Shown here: in pieces, positions 36,682-49,229 of the stretch | Layout of the letters: each line of letters starts with the position of its first letter | Position numbering within the stretch: position 1 is the first letter of the stretch | Assembly (NCBI RefSeq): GCF_004010195.1 | Contig: NC_057751.1 | Span: 2,515,286-2,577,285, forward strand | Origin: Chiloscyllium plagiosum | Taxonomy: Eukaryota | Reading direction: 5' to 3' | Length of the DNA stretch: 62,000 nt | Translations under genes and position numbers: made by a program | Notes under the pieces: generated by a model | Seen by the model: only the letters and a program-made list of their open reading frames with translations | Databases searched by the model: none | What the model was told of the DNA's origin: nothing

Positions 36682-37635
36682 ACTGACCTGTCATCAATGC
36701 AGTGGCACTCAGGACTGACACTCTGACAGTGTGGCACTCTCTGCAGTATTCCATCAGAATGACTAGAAGTCGTGTCACTAAAATCAAATAAAGAACGAGA
36801 AATAACTTCTCACCTTGTGAACTTCTGAACTGCAGAAATTCTATTTTCTTTCTATATTTTGTGTCAAAGCATCTGCCCTATGTTTTATTCATGAATGAAT
36901 ATGTGCAGACTTGCATTTCTAATTTGATGATCTTTCTCTCTCTACCGTTTATTAAAGAAGAAGTTTGCATGAAATAAATCGGGTTATTTTTCTGTAAATG
37001 ATGGAATCTGGTGTCAACAGTTTTGAGGCCCAGATAACCAGTCCTTCAGGCACATTGATTACTTTGGTCATTTTATTGCATATTTACACATTTGTGATGG
37101 CCTGTGGAACATCAGGGTTTGATTATTAGTGCTTTCTTCCCAATACCTTCCTCAAATATCTGTGTTTGAACTATAAACTACCTGAACTACCTTAATGTGA
37201 AACGTTAACTCTTTCTCTTCCATAACAGACATCTACCCTCCCAGCACGTTTTGCTGTTGCTTCATATTTCCGATATGCGTAGTATTTTGAAGCTGTGGAG
37301 GTCCTTTGAAGCCTAGTAGTTGTTAAAATTATTGGAATTGACAGCCATTTTGGACACAACAAATATAATGAATTTGTTTTCAGTGATGTTGTTTGAGGGA
37401 AGACATTGGCCAGGAAAGAACCTGCCCCCTTACTTCATTGCAATGGCACAATGCGCCACAAGACCTGATCAGACATTAGTTTAACCTGTCATCTGAAAAA
37501 GTGGACCTCAGGTAATGTGACATCCTCTCAGGTTTGCCTCCATTGGCTGAGATCTTATACTAAGTCTCTAAATTAGGATGGAACTGACGAATTTGGCAGA
37601 GCGATGACAGTGCTGCACATTTGTCTGATATTTGA

Positions 37636-38420
37636 TTTGAATTGAATGATTTTTTGTGACTTGCATTTTACAGTGAGTAATACAGTTAAGTAGAGTTAAA
37701 AGCTTCAGCAGTTGCCACAATCTGGAACCATTTTGAAGAGGTTAAGAATATAAAGATATAACTGAAAGAAAGTATATCTTTGTTCCAATGCCTCCATCCT
37801 GAGTCCTGAGCCCTGAGCCAGCTCACTAACGAAACCTACACTTTCACACCCCCTCTACCACCTCGTCACTGTCTGCACCAGACCCACCAACTTAGAAGTC
37901 ACCACTCTTTAAGCACCATCTCTTCATTGCTGGGCTCACCCTGCTAATGCCACAAGCAATGCTGGATCCTACACTGAACCCACACTCGCCCGCAACCAGG
38001 AGTCCTCAGCTTCAGGCCTACAGCAGCCAGGAGCTACTGCTGTCACAACGAAGAGTCTGTGGCTTCATTGCCACTTCGATGACCCTGCTGCTTGTGCCTC
38101 ACCGATGCCAGGAGTCCCCACTGTGGGTCTAAACTGCCAACTCCACCTCGCCAGGAGTCCCATTCCAGCTACCCTCATCTGAGATGTTGCCTTGCTGGCA
38201 CCGCCATCATGAAAGGTCTGCTGCTGCCTCCTCCAGTAGATGGTGGAGCTTTGACACCACTGCAGCTGCCACCGACCCTGAATGATAAACAGAGAGAATT
38301 GGTGGTATAAAACACCGCTGAGTTACAATGGACAATCTGGAGTGATAAAGGAGGATTTTTAAGAGAATGAAGGCAAATGTGGAAAAGAAAAGAAAGTGAA
38401 AGAGGGAGGAGAATGTACGT
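37636..38420 (-). mobile_element. Possible third, older copy of the non-autonomous Rex-tailed element
   Basis: Minus-strand end AAAATGGTTCCAGATTGTGGCAAC...CTTTTAACT...CATTCAATTCA; GC-rich middle; pyrimidine tract near the 5' end. Confidence 0.4.
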
Positions 38421-38759
38421 GGCCTATAAGTGAAACATAGTTGGAAGTATCATGTGAAATATTAAAAACAGTGTTGTCTTGTCCTGTCCACATCCATCTT
38501 GTCTGAAATGCAGGATTTGCACACTCAAGTTAACATTTGGCTGTCATTTATTGCACACTGAGTTAGTTGCCAGATGTGACAATTGGAATATTGAATTCAA
38601 CAGCAAAAGGAAATTTTGTATTCTTTGCAATCGTTCCTTCAACACAATAGCTTCATCGAGCCGTCTCAATAACAGAACTCCGCAACCTACCAAGTATGAT
38701 CTTCTGTAACATACCTGGCCATGTAGAAATGAACAACTTGAAACTTCACTGATTTAAAG

Positions 38760-39215
38760 GAACTCAACAAATCATGGCCCCCGCAATTTCTTCTCTAGCC
38801 TTTAGCAGTGTTCCTGGATATATCTGGTCAGGACCAGGAGATTTATCCACCTTCAGACATTCTAATGCATCCAACACTTTCTCTACTGTGATATCGATTG
38901 TCCAAAAAATATGATCACTAACTCCCCCAAATTCCCAAGTCTTCATGTCTTTCTCTACTGTAAACACAGAGGAGAAATATTCATTGAGGACCACGCCCAT
39001 CTCCTGCTGTTCTACTCATACATGTCACTTGGGTCCTTGACTGATCCGATTCTGTCTCTAGTTATTTTTCCTTTAATATACTGAAATGACCTCTTTGGAT
39101 TCACCCTAATCTTCTCAACCAAGGCTCTCTTATGCCCCCTTTTTGCCCTCCTGATTTCCTTCTAAAGTGAGCTCCTGTATCTCCTATACACCTCCAAGGA
39201 TTCCCTTGATCCATA
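38760..39215 (-). mobile_element. CR1 ORF2 linker / RT N-terminal fragment
   Basis: LNEYFSSVFTVE...KVDKSPGPDQIYPGTL. Confidence 0.9.
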
Positions 39216-39929
39216 TGAATGATGTCTACTGCTCTGTCTTCATTAATTTTCGCAGATATGATGTTCAACTGAAGTTTTCTCACCATTCCTAGGTGGCATA
39301 AAAAGACCCCTTGGCAATATTGTGAGAAGAGTAGTACATTTCTTCCCAGTCATTAAGCTAAGAAAATTCTCAACCAAAATATTGAAAACATTATTTGTTT
39401 TACTTCGTTGTTTATGGGATCATACTATGCACTTTTTTTTGCCATGTTTCTCACATTTGATCAGTAACTACCCTTCAAAAATAGTTAATTAAATGGGAGC
39501 CAATTTTCCAAGCTTCTCATTTCAAATATATTTTCGCTCATTTCAGCTGTGAAACCCCAATTTCAGGTTTCCTTTCACCCAATGCAAAATGCTGCCCAAT
39601 CATTTGAGATATCTTACAAGATCCTGTTTTTATGCTACCTTCAACTTATCTGTCAAATTCCTCAATTTAGCTTGAGTCAAAAAATTTAAACAATCCATTG
39701 TTATATATTCCATTTCCAGAGCTCCCTTACAACATTCACAACCATGTTTAAATATTGTGCAATAAAATCCCCACAAAACAAATGCTTTTGTCTCAGTACC
39801 GTTACATAGTTGTTAATTCAACAACCATGGACAACTCACCTCCAATTCTAATAATCTTGTGCTCCCAATTGTTATGGGGCACTGCCCAGTTGTTAGTAGT
39901 ACCAAACAAGATAGATTCACAACAGGAAG

Positions 39930-40285
39930 TTATAGAGTCATCGGGTCATTGACATGTACAGCACAGAAACAGACCCTTCGGTCCAACAGGTCTATGCCGA
40001 CCAGATATCCTAACCTAATCTCGTCCCATTTTCCAGCACTTGGCCCATATCCCTTTAAACCCTTCCTATTTATATACCCATCCAGATGCTTCTTAAATGT
40101 TGTAATTGTAATAGCCTCCACCACTTTCTCTGGCAGTTCATTTCATAAATGCACCATTTTTTGTATGAAAACATTGCCCCTTAGGTCCCTTTTAAATGTT
40201 TCCCCTCTCACCCTAAACCTATGCCCTGTAGTTCTGGACTCCCTCACCCCAGAGAAAAGACCTTGTCTATTTAGCCTATCCATTT
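39930..40285 (-). mobile_element. CR1 3' end
   Basis: VEAITITTFKKHLDGYINRKGLKGYGPSAGKWD. Confidence 0.92.
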
Positions 40286-40472
40286 CCCAAGTTGACTGCA
40301 GAGATCAATGTTTTTTACTAAAAGGATCTATTTAAAAATCTAAGTGTGCAATGCTTCAGTCTTTGTTTTAACAATGAAACAAAACTTAAATTGATTAACA
40401 ACAGAACTGAAGATGACCAAGAGAAGAAAAAACTGCTCTATTTCTTTTGATAGATTAAAAACTTAAAAGCAG

Positions 40473-41326
40473 TGTGATGCTGCTCTCCTTTAACAGGGTT
40501 ATGTTGTCCTTACGCTTTTTTTCAGAGAGGTTATAAAAGCAGCAATACTGAAAAGTCAAGGTTTGAAGAGTTTTAGGGCCAGTTTGATGATACTTAACAC
40601 ATACTGCCTCAGACAAAAGGCCTTCAAGTTAAAGAAAACCTGTACAATGAAAGGAGAGTGGCCAGATCTCCTTGCTCAGCTACCTCTGGTTTGGTTTGGT
40701 TTGGTTTGGGTTTTAGCAGTCTGGCTGTTCACTGAAAGCAGTCAGTCATTTTGAGGCTGCTGGCCCAATAATTAGCGACATGGATGAAGGTGTTCCATGC
40801 TGAGTCCCTCTGCCATCTCTGTCTCTCCTATAAGACCTTGTGTCTGATTTTTCCTTTTATGCCAAGGGATGTTTATCGAGATTGTTGCAAGTCTTTGGAA
40901 CAGCATCACTTAGTTGGGATAATCTGTTGGGTTTTAGGATAGGGTAAGCTATTCTGTATTGTGTTCTCATTTGTTTGTGTTTCATTCAGTCATCTTGGAA
41001 ATAAATTCTGTTTTGTTGAAAACTATGTGGTTTGACCAACTGCATCACTTCTAGAATATCCACTCTATACCTGCTTAAAACAGGTGTGACATGGTGGCTT
41101 AGTGGTTAGCACTGCTGCCTCATAGCATCAGGGACCTGGGTTTGAGTCCAGCCCCAGGCAACTGTCTGCGTGGCGTTTGCACATTCCCCCTGCGTCTGTG
41201 TGCGTTTGCTCCAGTTTCCTTCCACAATCCAAAGATGGAAGGGGGGTGGTGTTGGCAAACCAACTAACAAAGCTAGGATCTGGGCTACTTTCTTGAAATG
41301 TTTTGAGGGGGGGGTGTTCCATAACA
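40473..41326 (+). mobile_element. Solo LTR, family A, with a nested HE1 SINE 5' part (~41083-41238)
   Basis: TGTGATG...CCATAACA termini; homologous to 1605-2253; AATAAA near 41000; the insert carries TGGCTTAGTGGTTAGC and the V-domain. Confidence 0.8.
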
Positions 41327-41964
41327 GCCCAGAGTAGCAATGAACCACGTGGAATTAGTTCATCCTAGTACAGTTCCCAAACATTGTTGCATTATTAACA
41401 AAATCCAGTACTACACACCACTCTCCACCACCCCCACCCCACTGCATCCCAACCCCCAACAAGGGCCAGCTTATTTCCACAAAAGAAAGGGTTTTTAGTT
41501 TAGTTTCGTATTTGAATGGGCTTAAATTCATTAAAATGTCAACTCATCTGTTGAAACAGTCGACAACTCTTGATTAATAATTATTATAGTTCCAACTTCC
41601 TTTTCACCAATGCAAGATGATCAATGTTACAGCTTCAATTCCTTTCTCTTCTTGAAAGTGTCAAAAACTTTCACTTTTCTTCGCCACTGGATCCCAATAT
41701 TCAGGTGTGGGATGAATATAAACAACATAGGACATGGAACTGTACAGCACAGGAACTGACCATGATGTCATTCCAAACTAATCCTTTCTGTCTGCACACG
41801 ATCCATTTGTGTCTGTCCAAATGCTTTGCTAACATATCTGCTTCTTCAACCTCCCCGGCAGCATTTTCAAGTCATTTACCACCGTCTGTTAAAATAACTT
41901 CCTTTGCACACATTATTTTCAATTTTCCCCCTCCCATTTTAAACCTATAACCTCTTTGACATTT

Positions 41965-42310
41965 CCACCCTTGTGAGAGAAGCCCTCCCCTACATCAAGT
42001 TATGCTCACAATCCCTAATACGATCTTAGATGGCCGTCTTTTCTCTCTGTACCTTGGCGGCAGCTGCCCCAAGCTTTAGCGCATCCCTCAGCATGGAGTT
42101 TTGGATCTTAGAATTTGCCAGTTTGCAACACTTGGTTGAGGTCAACTCTTTGCACCAGAAGACCAATGAGTTTCATGCAGCTGAAAGAGCATCTTTCAGT
42201 GAGTTGGTCATCTTCCAGGTACATTTATCTCAGTGTACATCCTGGGAACAGCCCTTTGTGCACAGAATCCTGTGTCATGGAGCTGCTCTGAATGAGTAGA
42301 GATCGTGAAC
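41965..42310 (-). mobile_element. Tx1/L1-like LINE ORF2 C-terminal fragment
   Basis: Minus-strand KDAL...LVFWCKELTSTKCCKLANSKIQNSMLRDALKLGAAAAK...KTAI*; family assignment is from recall. Confidence 0.65.
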
Positions 42311-45300
42311 TGACTTTTTTAACTGAAAAATTATACATTATTCACATAAAAATGTGCATACACAGGTCTGAAAGCAATTCTGTGCAGTCTTTGAATATTA
42401 AGGAAAAAAACATTGGAATTTAACATTCTCTGCAGTTGAAGAAACCAAAGCATTTCCTACTGATACAGGACACTACTTACATACATTTTGAGGTAAAGAT
42501 AGGTTGTCATAACTGAATGCACCCAAGTTGGACTTTAGCAAAAAGATCCATCAACTCAGTCTGTCTTATCATGACAAAGAAAGAACTTGCACTCACATAT
42601 CACCTTCCATGATCTCAGGATATCTCAATGCACTTTTGAACCACACTAAGCATTCTAATGTAGGAAATACACAGTCACTATGCATTTAACATACAATCCC
42701 AAACATCTACATGGTAATGGTTAGATAAATTGTTTGACTGAAGAATAAGCATTGACGAGGCAACTTCTTTGAAACACAATATTTAAAAGGGCAGACAGGG
42801 CCTTTGTTTAACATTTCACTGAAAAACCGCTCTTCTGAAGGGGATGAGACATAATTTGTTTGACCCTCCTGCTCCCCTCCAACATGTTTGAGCTCTCAGT
42901 TTATTTCAGTTTGTTTTACTGTTGCAAGATTGAGGTTTATACTTCCTATTGGCTTAGTCTAAATAAACAGCTAGAAGAAAAAGCTTCTAATCTCCAAACA
43001 TTTACACAAAGAAATACCCTTTGATGAGACTAGTTCTTTTGCTGTTTGAACTAGACCTGATGGAGATGTGTAATGTAAAGATAAATGCTGTCCTCTCCAC
43101 ACTAAAGTTCTTTGCCAGATCAATAAGTGCGAACAGAACTGAAAACTAAATCTTTTCTCCCAGCAGACCAACATCTTCACCCCTTCTCATTCAAAGAGCA
43201 AACTTGTTATTGAAACTGAGTCTAGCGGATCATCCCTTACAAATAAGATGGATGTTTTATTGCTGAGAGGATTAGTCATGGATTCTCACCTTGTGAGATG
43301 ATCTTGTCTCTGCCAAAGAGTTCTTGCCAATTGTTATTCTCCCAGAATCTCCAAGCTCATTTATATAGCACTGTGAGCCTGCGAAGTTTCAAACGTAACT
43401 ATGTCCCTATTGAGATTGTGTTTGGAGACCAGTGCGTCACAGCTTTTGTCTGCCTCTGCTTTTTGATGATGATGGAATTACATGTAAAACACATAGATCG
43501 AAGCCTCATGTTGAAATTTATGTTCCATATGAACCTTCACCCCTCTAACTCTTCATTGAATTTTAGAATCTTACAACATGAGGCCACCTGTGCCAGTTCT
43601 TTGAAAGGGCTATTCAGTTAGTTCACATTTCCATGATTGTTCCACATCACCCCTTTTTTGTTGCTTTTTCAAGTATAGCCAATTGCCTTTTGAATCTGTT
43701 CCTATTACCTTTTCAGAGAGAGCATTTCAGAACTCAACAAATTGGGCATCATATCCTATTTCAATGGATTAATGTATTTGAGGTTGCCATTCCTGGGACT
43801 TCATTTGTCTGCCACCTCTGCCAGTATGTGGAGCAGAGTAAGTGTTTAAGCAAGTTAGCTGACGCCAATCCTTCATCAAAACTTTGTCTAAAGCATGTCC
43901 AATGATCAGTAATATGAGATACATTGTTATGGAGTCTTTACAGAGGAAAGACTGTTTGCAGTTAACAAGATGGTTTATCGCATGATTGCAGTGAGAACAA
44001 CTACATTGCAGGTCAGGCATAATTGCTTGGACTTTCAGGAGCTGTACAATGACATCCACTCCCTGTGAGCACTCATGCAGAACTCACTGTTTCCAACTAT
44101 TAACTGTGTGTGACATCACCAGAAGTGGTGGGGCTCAATGTTCCAAGAAATTTAACTCCTTCAGAACTGTTTGCTAATGCAACAGTGTTTATTTGGGTTC
44201 CCCTTAAGTACATGTATGATATTACATTCAACCACTCTATGTGGCAATAATTTTCACATTCACATCATTCTCTGATTAAAGAATCACTCTTGGATTTCCT
44301 GTTGCATTTATTAGGAACTGTCTTCTATTTGTGACCTCCAGCTTTGGTTCCTGAATAAGCGGACATTTACCCAATCAGATGTCTTTGCAACCTTAAAGTA
44401 AACCAAATTGACTCGCCTGCAGCTTTTCCTTTTCCAAAGAGAAGAGGCTTAGTCTGGTCATCCCTTCCTGATGGAAATAATGTCTCAGTTCTGATGTCAA
44501 TCTAATAAATTCTTTACACCGTCATTGCCTCTAGATCCATTTTATATTCTGGAGATCCAAAATATGCACAATAATTATTTCCTGTCTTTCCTTCAAAGTT
44601 TGTGCTTGTGAAATCTGAATGCACATCCCTCAATGTTATTACCAATTGGAAGAGTGCTCTCTCCTTTGAAGCTCAGCTGCTGTTAAAAGGGCAAGGAAAT
44701 GGTTTCATTGTACATGTCAGATGATATGACTCAAAGCATTACTGACTTGGTTAAAAAGCAAAGTGTGCAACCTTTTCTCATTACGCTGTATAATCATTAA
44801 GTTCACTGTGTATCTGTGAAACAAACAGCAACACAACAGCTCCGATGTCTCACTGACAATCATGAGCCTTTCGATCATAAAGAAGAAAATGATGTGAGTC
44901 AATTACAGACATGTTTCACTTGGCAGCCAGTCAAAACATCACATTAGCACATTTGTCTAATGCCAAGTATATTTGTTGCAGAAAACATGTAACAGGAGCA
45001 GAAAATCAAATAAATTCCCTGCCATCACTGCTCTGTTGCCAGTTCTCCCATGGTGTTCCTGATGGATTACTTATGTACTGGAGCAAGTTCAGAAAGTTTG
45101 GTTTCTAACTCCAATGTTTGTGTTCAGCTGTTGAGAGTTAACTCTGAGTTAGTAAGTTGTGTTTCTCACTCTCGTTCAGAGACTTGAGGAGAAAATCTAG
45201 GTATGGCCACTTGCAGCAATGACAGGCATAATCGTTCAGAACTGAAGTTTTGTGAGGAGGACACAAAAGCTCCCATGGTACAGGGAATTTTCAGCAAGTA

Positions 45301-45789
45301 CAGTGGATTACTGTTCATCTCTCAATAAACATTCGAGACAAATCATCTCATTATTAAGGGATAAGTATTTTGGAAACTAGGACCCAAGTTGACTGTTGCA
45401 TTTCCAACAGGAAAACAATGAATGCACTTCTGGAAGTACATCATTGCCTGTGAAGTGCTTTTGGACATCCTGAAATTGTGAAACGTACTTCAGATATACA
45501 AGACATTTTTGTTAAGTTGGTAAATTATAACAAGTGACCACTGAAACATTGGTCCAATCAGAAGACCATCTGTTGACTCATTGTTTTGCCCTGGGTCACC
45601 AGAACATTGGATGAAAAGATCGATTTATTCCTTTAAAGAATCTTTTGCATTTATCACAAGATTTCACATGTTAATTGCAACATCTGGAGTGCTACAGACT
45701 TAAACTGGACATGGGAATTTTAAGTTTGTAAGGGATATCTTTAGCAACAGAATCATTTCAAAGGCAAAGCCTTTCTGGAGAGAGTTTGC

Positions 45790-46958
45790 ATACAGCATCC
45801 CAGATTACCTTGATCCATGACATTTCACCTACGGTCACAGCAGTTCATGACAGAAGCTTATCTGACTGGTTCCACACTCATCCCTGGAACATCAGGGCAG
45901 AAAGAACACCTCGGTGAGACTCTTACTTTTTGACTTTAGCTCCACCATCAACACAATAATTCCAATAAAACTCATCTTCAAACTCCAATATCTGGGATTT
46001 TGCTTCCTTGACTTCCTGACCCGCAGAGTGCAATCAATAAGAAAAGGTGACAGCACCACCTTGACAATAATCCTTAACACCAGTGCTTGCAAGGCTGCGC
46101 GTTCAGCCCTTTATTATTTTTATGCTCACGACTATGTGGCCAAATTCATCATAGAGGATTGGATCTCAAACAGCAACGAGACAGAGTACAGGAAAGAGGT
46201 AGACAGCTTGGTGGCATGGTGTAAAGACAACAATCTCTGCCTCAGTGTCAATAAAATAAAGAAACTAGTCATTGACTCCAGGAAGCAGAACAGAAGTCTC
46301 TATCAATGATGCTGAGGTGAAGGTGGTTGAGAACTTCAAGTTGCTTGGAGTAAACTCGACAACCTATACTGGCCCATTGACATCAAAGCGATAGTCAAAA
46401 AAGAAAACCAATGTGTCTGGTTCCTCAGAAGGGTCAGGAAATTCATCTTGTCCAAAATGATTCTTACCAATTTTTATAAATGCACTACTGAAAGGATGTA
46501 CTTCGGATGCTTTATAGTTGGTACGGCAACTGCTCTGCCCAAGACCACAAGAAATTACAGAGTGTTTTGGATCCAGCCCAGTCCATAACGAAAACCAGCC
46601 TTCCTTCTTTTGATTCAGTCTACACTTCTCATTGCCTCGGAAAAGCAGCCAAAGTAATGAACGACCTCTCCCACCCTGGTTATTCACTCTTGGACTTCCT
46701 TCCTTCAGGCAAAAGATACAAAAATGGGAAACAGCATACAAATAGATTGAAGAACAGCTTCTTCCATTACTAGACTTATGAACAATCATCCTCAGAAATT
46801 AGAGTTGATCTTTCTCTGCACCTTCTGTGTAGCTGTAGCACTCAATTCTGAATTCTGATGTACTTATGAAAGGTTTGATTTGTGTGGTTAGCACACCAAA
46901 CAATAATTTTCACTCTATCTCAGTACATGGGACAATGATAAACCAAATCAAAATCAAA
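45790..46958 (+). mobile_element. Rex1/Babar LINE, RT and 3' end, decayed
   Basis: VRLLLFDFSSTINTIIPIKLI, EYRKEVDSLVAWCKDNNLCLSVNKIKKLVID, WYGNCSAQDHKKLQ and TNRLKNSFF; CAAATCAAAATCAAA tail. Confidence 0.9.
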
Positions 46959-47722
46959 CAGATGTGCAAGCTATGTAGCAACTACGCAGATGTTTGTTCA
47001 AGCCTGTCTGGAATAACTGTGCCCAGTTTTTGCCACCACATGTCAGGCAGAATGTACAGTTACACTTCCTTAAAATTGGCAGCCTTAGGGCAAAGGCTGT
47101 GCTGGACTTTAGATTTCAGCTCAGTTGTTTTCACCAGTAGACTGCTCAAGCTAATCTGGGTCAGGTAGGGTCATAGGTCAGGTCATAGGAATAGATTGGC
47201 ATGCAAATGGTGGAACAGACTAGACTATTAGACTTGGAGGTGTGCAGCACAGATTCATCAGAATGATGATGATTCTTCAGTCCTCTGTTGAAAGACAGGT
47301 CTGATTTTTCAGCATTACAAATTGCAACATGCCAAGGGCAAGGAGGTGGATCCAGTGGAATGGGGAATGAACCTATGCAATTGGTAGCAATCTCATACCA
47401 TGCAGCAAACTTGACCTCAAAAGACTCTGAGTTCATGTGGCAACATACATTTGTACCTGCATGTTGTAGTCCAGAGCCAAGGACACTGATGCTGGAGGCT
47501 CCAGTTTTTTGTTTGCTTACCAGGACTGTCTGCCCCTCTCACAGCTTGCCATTGGCAAATGTTGGAAGAATTTGCAAGCTGGTCTTCTACCTGTTTGACC
47601 CCACGATGAATGCACCTTCCTCAGCCTTCAAATTCTGGAGTGGGGCTTGAACTGGTGGCTCAAAGGTAGCGATGCTCCCCAATGCAAAATAAGAGCTTTG
47701 CCTGAATGAAACTGGGGGTGAA

Positions 47723-47807
47723 AATGTGTTGCTGGAACAGCGCAGCAGGTCAGGCAGCATCCAGGGAGCAGGAGAATCGACATTTCGGGCATAAGCCCTT
47801 CTTCAGG
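47723..47807 (-). mobile_element. 85-bp PLE pLTR-end insertion with 13-bp TSD, containing a hammerhead motif
   Basis: Direct repeat AACTGGGGGTGAA at 47710-47722 and 47808-47820; minus strand reads CUGAAGA-A-GGGC-UUAU-GCCC-GAAA-UG-UC. Confidence 0.9.
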
Positions 47808-47864
47808 AACTGGGGGTGAACAGGGTTAAATATTGAGGACATGTTGCGGAGGCCACATGTATTT

Positions 47865-48250
47865 CTTTGAGTGTTGAGGATTTGGGGGAGATCGAGTTGA
47901 GGTGTTTAAAATTATGAAAAGGCAAGGTGAAGAAATGCTATTTCTCTGGGGGGGAGAGGATATAATTTTAAACTGAAAGCTAGACTGTTCAGAAGGTGCT
48001 GTCAGAAAATACTTCTTCACACATAGAGAAGTGAAAATTTGAAACGGTTTACCACCCCCCCCACCCCACCATGAACGCTGGTGAGAATGGGGGTCAATTC
48101 AAGGTTTCATACATTAAATGGATAGCTTTCTGTTGAGTAAAGGTATTCCAGAACCAGGAACCATGGCAATTAGGTGGATTTACGATAGGACATAAATGTA
48201 TTCTAGAAAAGGCTTGAGAGGCTGAATGGCCCCCTCTCTTGTTCTTGCCA
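47865..48250 (+). mobile_element. Old CR1 3' end
   Basis: GDRVEVFKIMK...RKYFFTHR remnants; GGCTGAATGGCC tail. Confidence 0.7.
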
Positions 48251-48454
48251 TTTCTTTCCCCCAGCTGTCCTCAGTTTCTGTAGGCTAGACATACTTTAAA
48301 GGGAACATTTGATGCACCCTTTCCAATCTCAGAATGACAGTCCTGCTATCCAGTGACTTAAATGCAAACAACAGTGATCAGTACTCTGGGTGAGCTTCTA
48401 TTCAAATTCGCAATTCAATTTTTAAAAATTAATTTGCCTGGTTAATTTGCCAAA

Positions 48455-48695
48455 GTCAACCATATTACTGTGGGCCTGGAGGCACATGCACACAAGAAGG
48501 GCATTTTTGAGTGATAGTGATGGTGAATTTTCAATAACAATTGACAATGGGTTCATGGTCTTGTAATTCCAGATTATTTAATGAATTCAAATTCCACCAT
48601 TTGCTGTGTATAGTTTAAAACCCAGGACCCCAGAACATTACCTGGATCTCTGGATTAACAGTCCAGTGATATTACCAGTGGGCCATCGCCTCCCC
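48455..48695 (-). mobile_element. tRNA-derived SINE, same family as 20555-20898
   Basis: CCAGTGATATTACCA...GGCCATCGCCTCCCC end and AATTCAAATTCCAC block are shared with that copy. Confidence 0.8.
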
Positions 48696-48937
48696 TCTGT
48701 GACTCAGTAATCTTGTTTGCTTAGTTCACTAATTCACAATGTACTGATTATGACAGAAAACTGCTCACGAGAATCTCCAGATCCCTCTCCTGTGTTTTGC
48801 CCTTTAAACTAATTCCATTAATCTGATATTCCCCACATTAACTTCTTTTCCCCAGCCTCATCATTCAGTAGTTATCAGCGTTTACCGACATTGGCCACCG
48901 ATCAATACAACTTAATCTATCATGCAAAACAGTCACA

Positions 48938-49229
48938 TTAGATTAGATTCCCCACAGTGTGGAAACAGGCCCTTCGGCCCAATAAGTCCACACTGACCCT
49001 CCAAAGAGTAACACACCCAGACCCGTTCCCCTAACACTACGAACAATTTAGTATGGCTAATTCACCTAACCTGCACATCTCTGGACTGTGGGAGGAAACT
49101 GGAGCAAACCCATGCAGACACGGGGAGAATGTGCAAACTCCACACAGACAGTTGCCCGAGGTGGGAAGTGAACCTGGGACCCTGGTGCTGTGAGGCAACA
49201 GTGCTAACCACTGAGCCACCATGCCACCC
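48938..49229 (-). mobile_element. HE1-type SINE, near full-length
   Basis: Minus-strand GGGTGGCATGGTGGCTCAGTGGTTAGCAC head, V-domain and (AATCT)n tail. Confidence 0.93.

Noticed and set aside
1605..41326. Two family-A LTRs as the ends of one provirus (likewise family C at 51247 and 58961)
   Set aside because: The family-A copies are in opposite orientation 38 kb apart. The family-C copy at 51247 has its own TSD. No gag/pol lies between either pair.
47288..47650. 120-aa plus-strand ORF
   Set aside because: Non-ATG start, no motif, and the 3' part runs into a SINE head.
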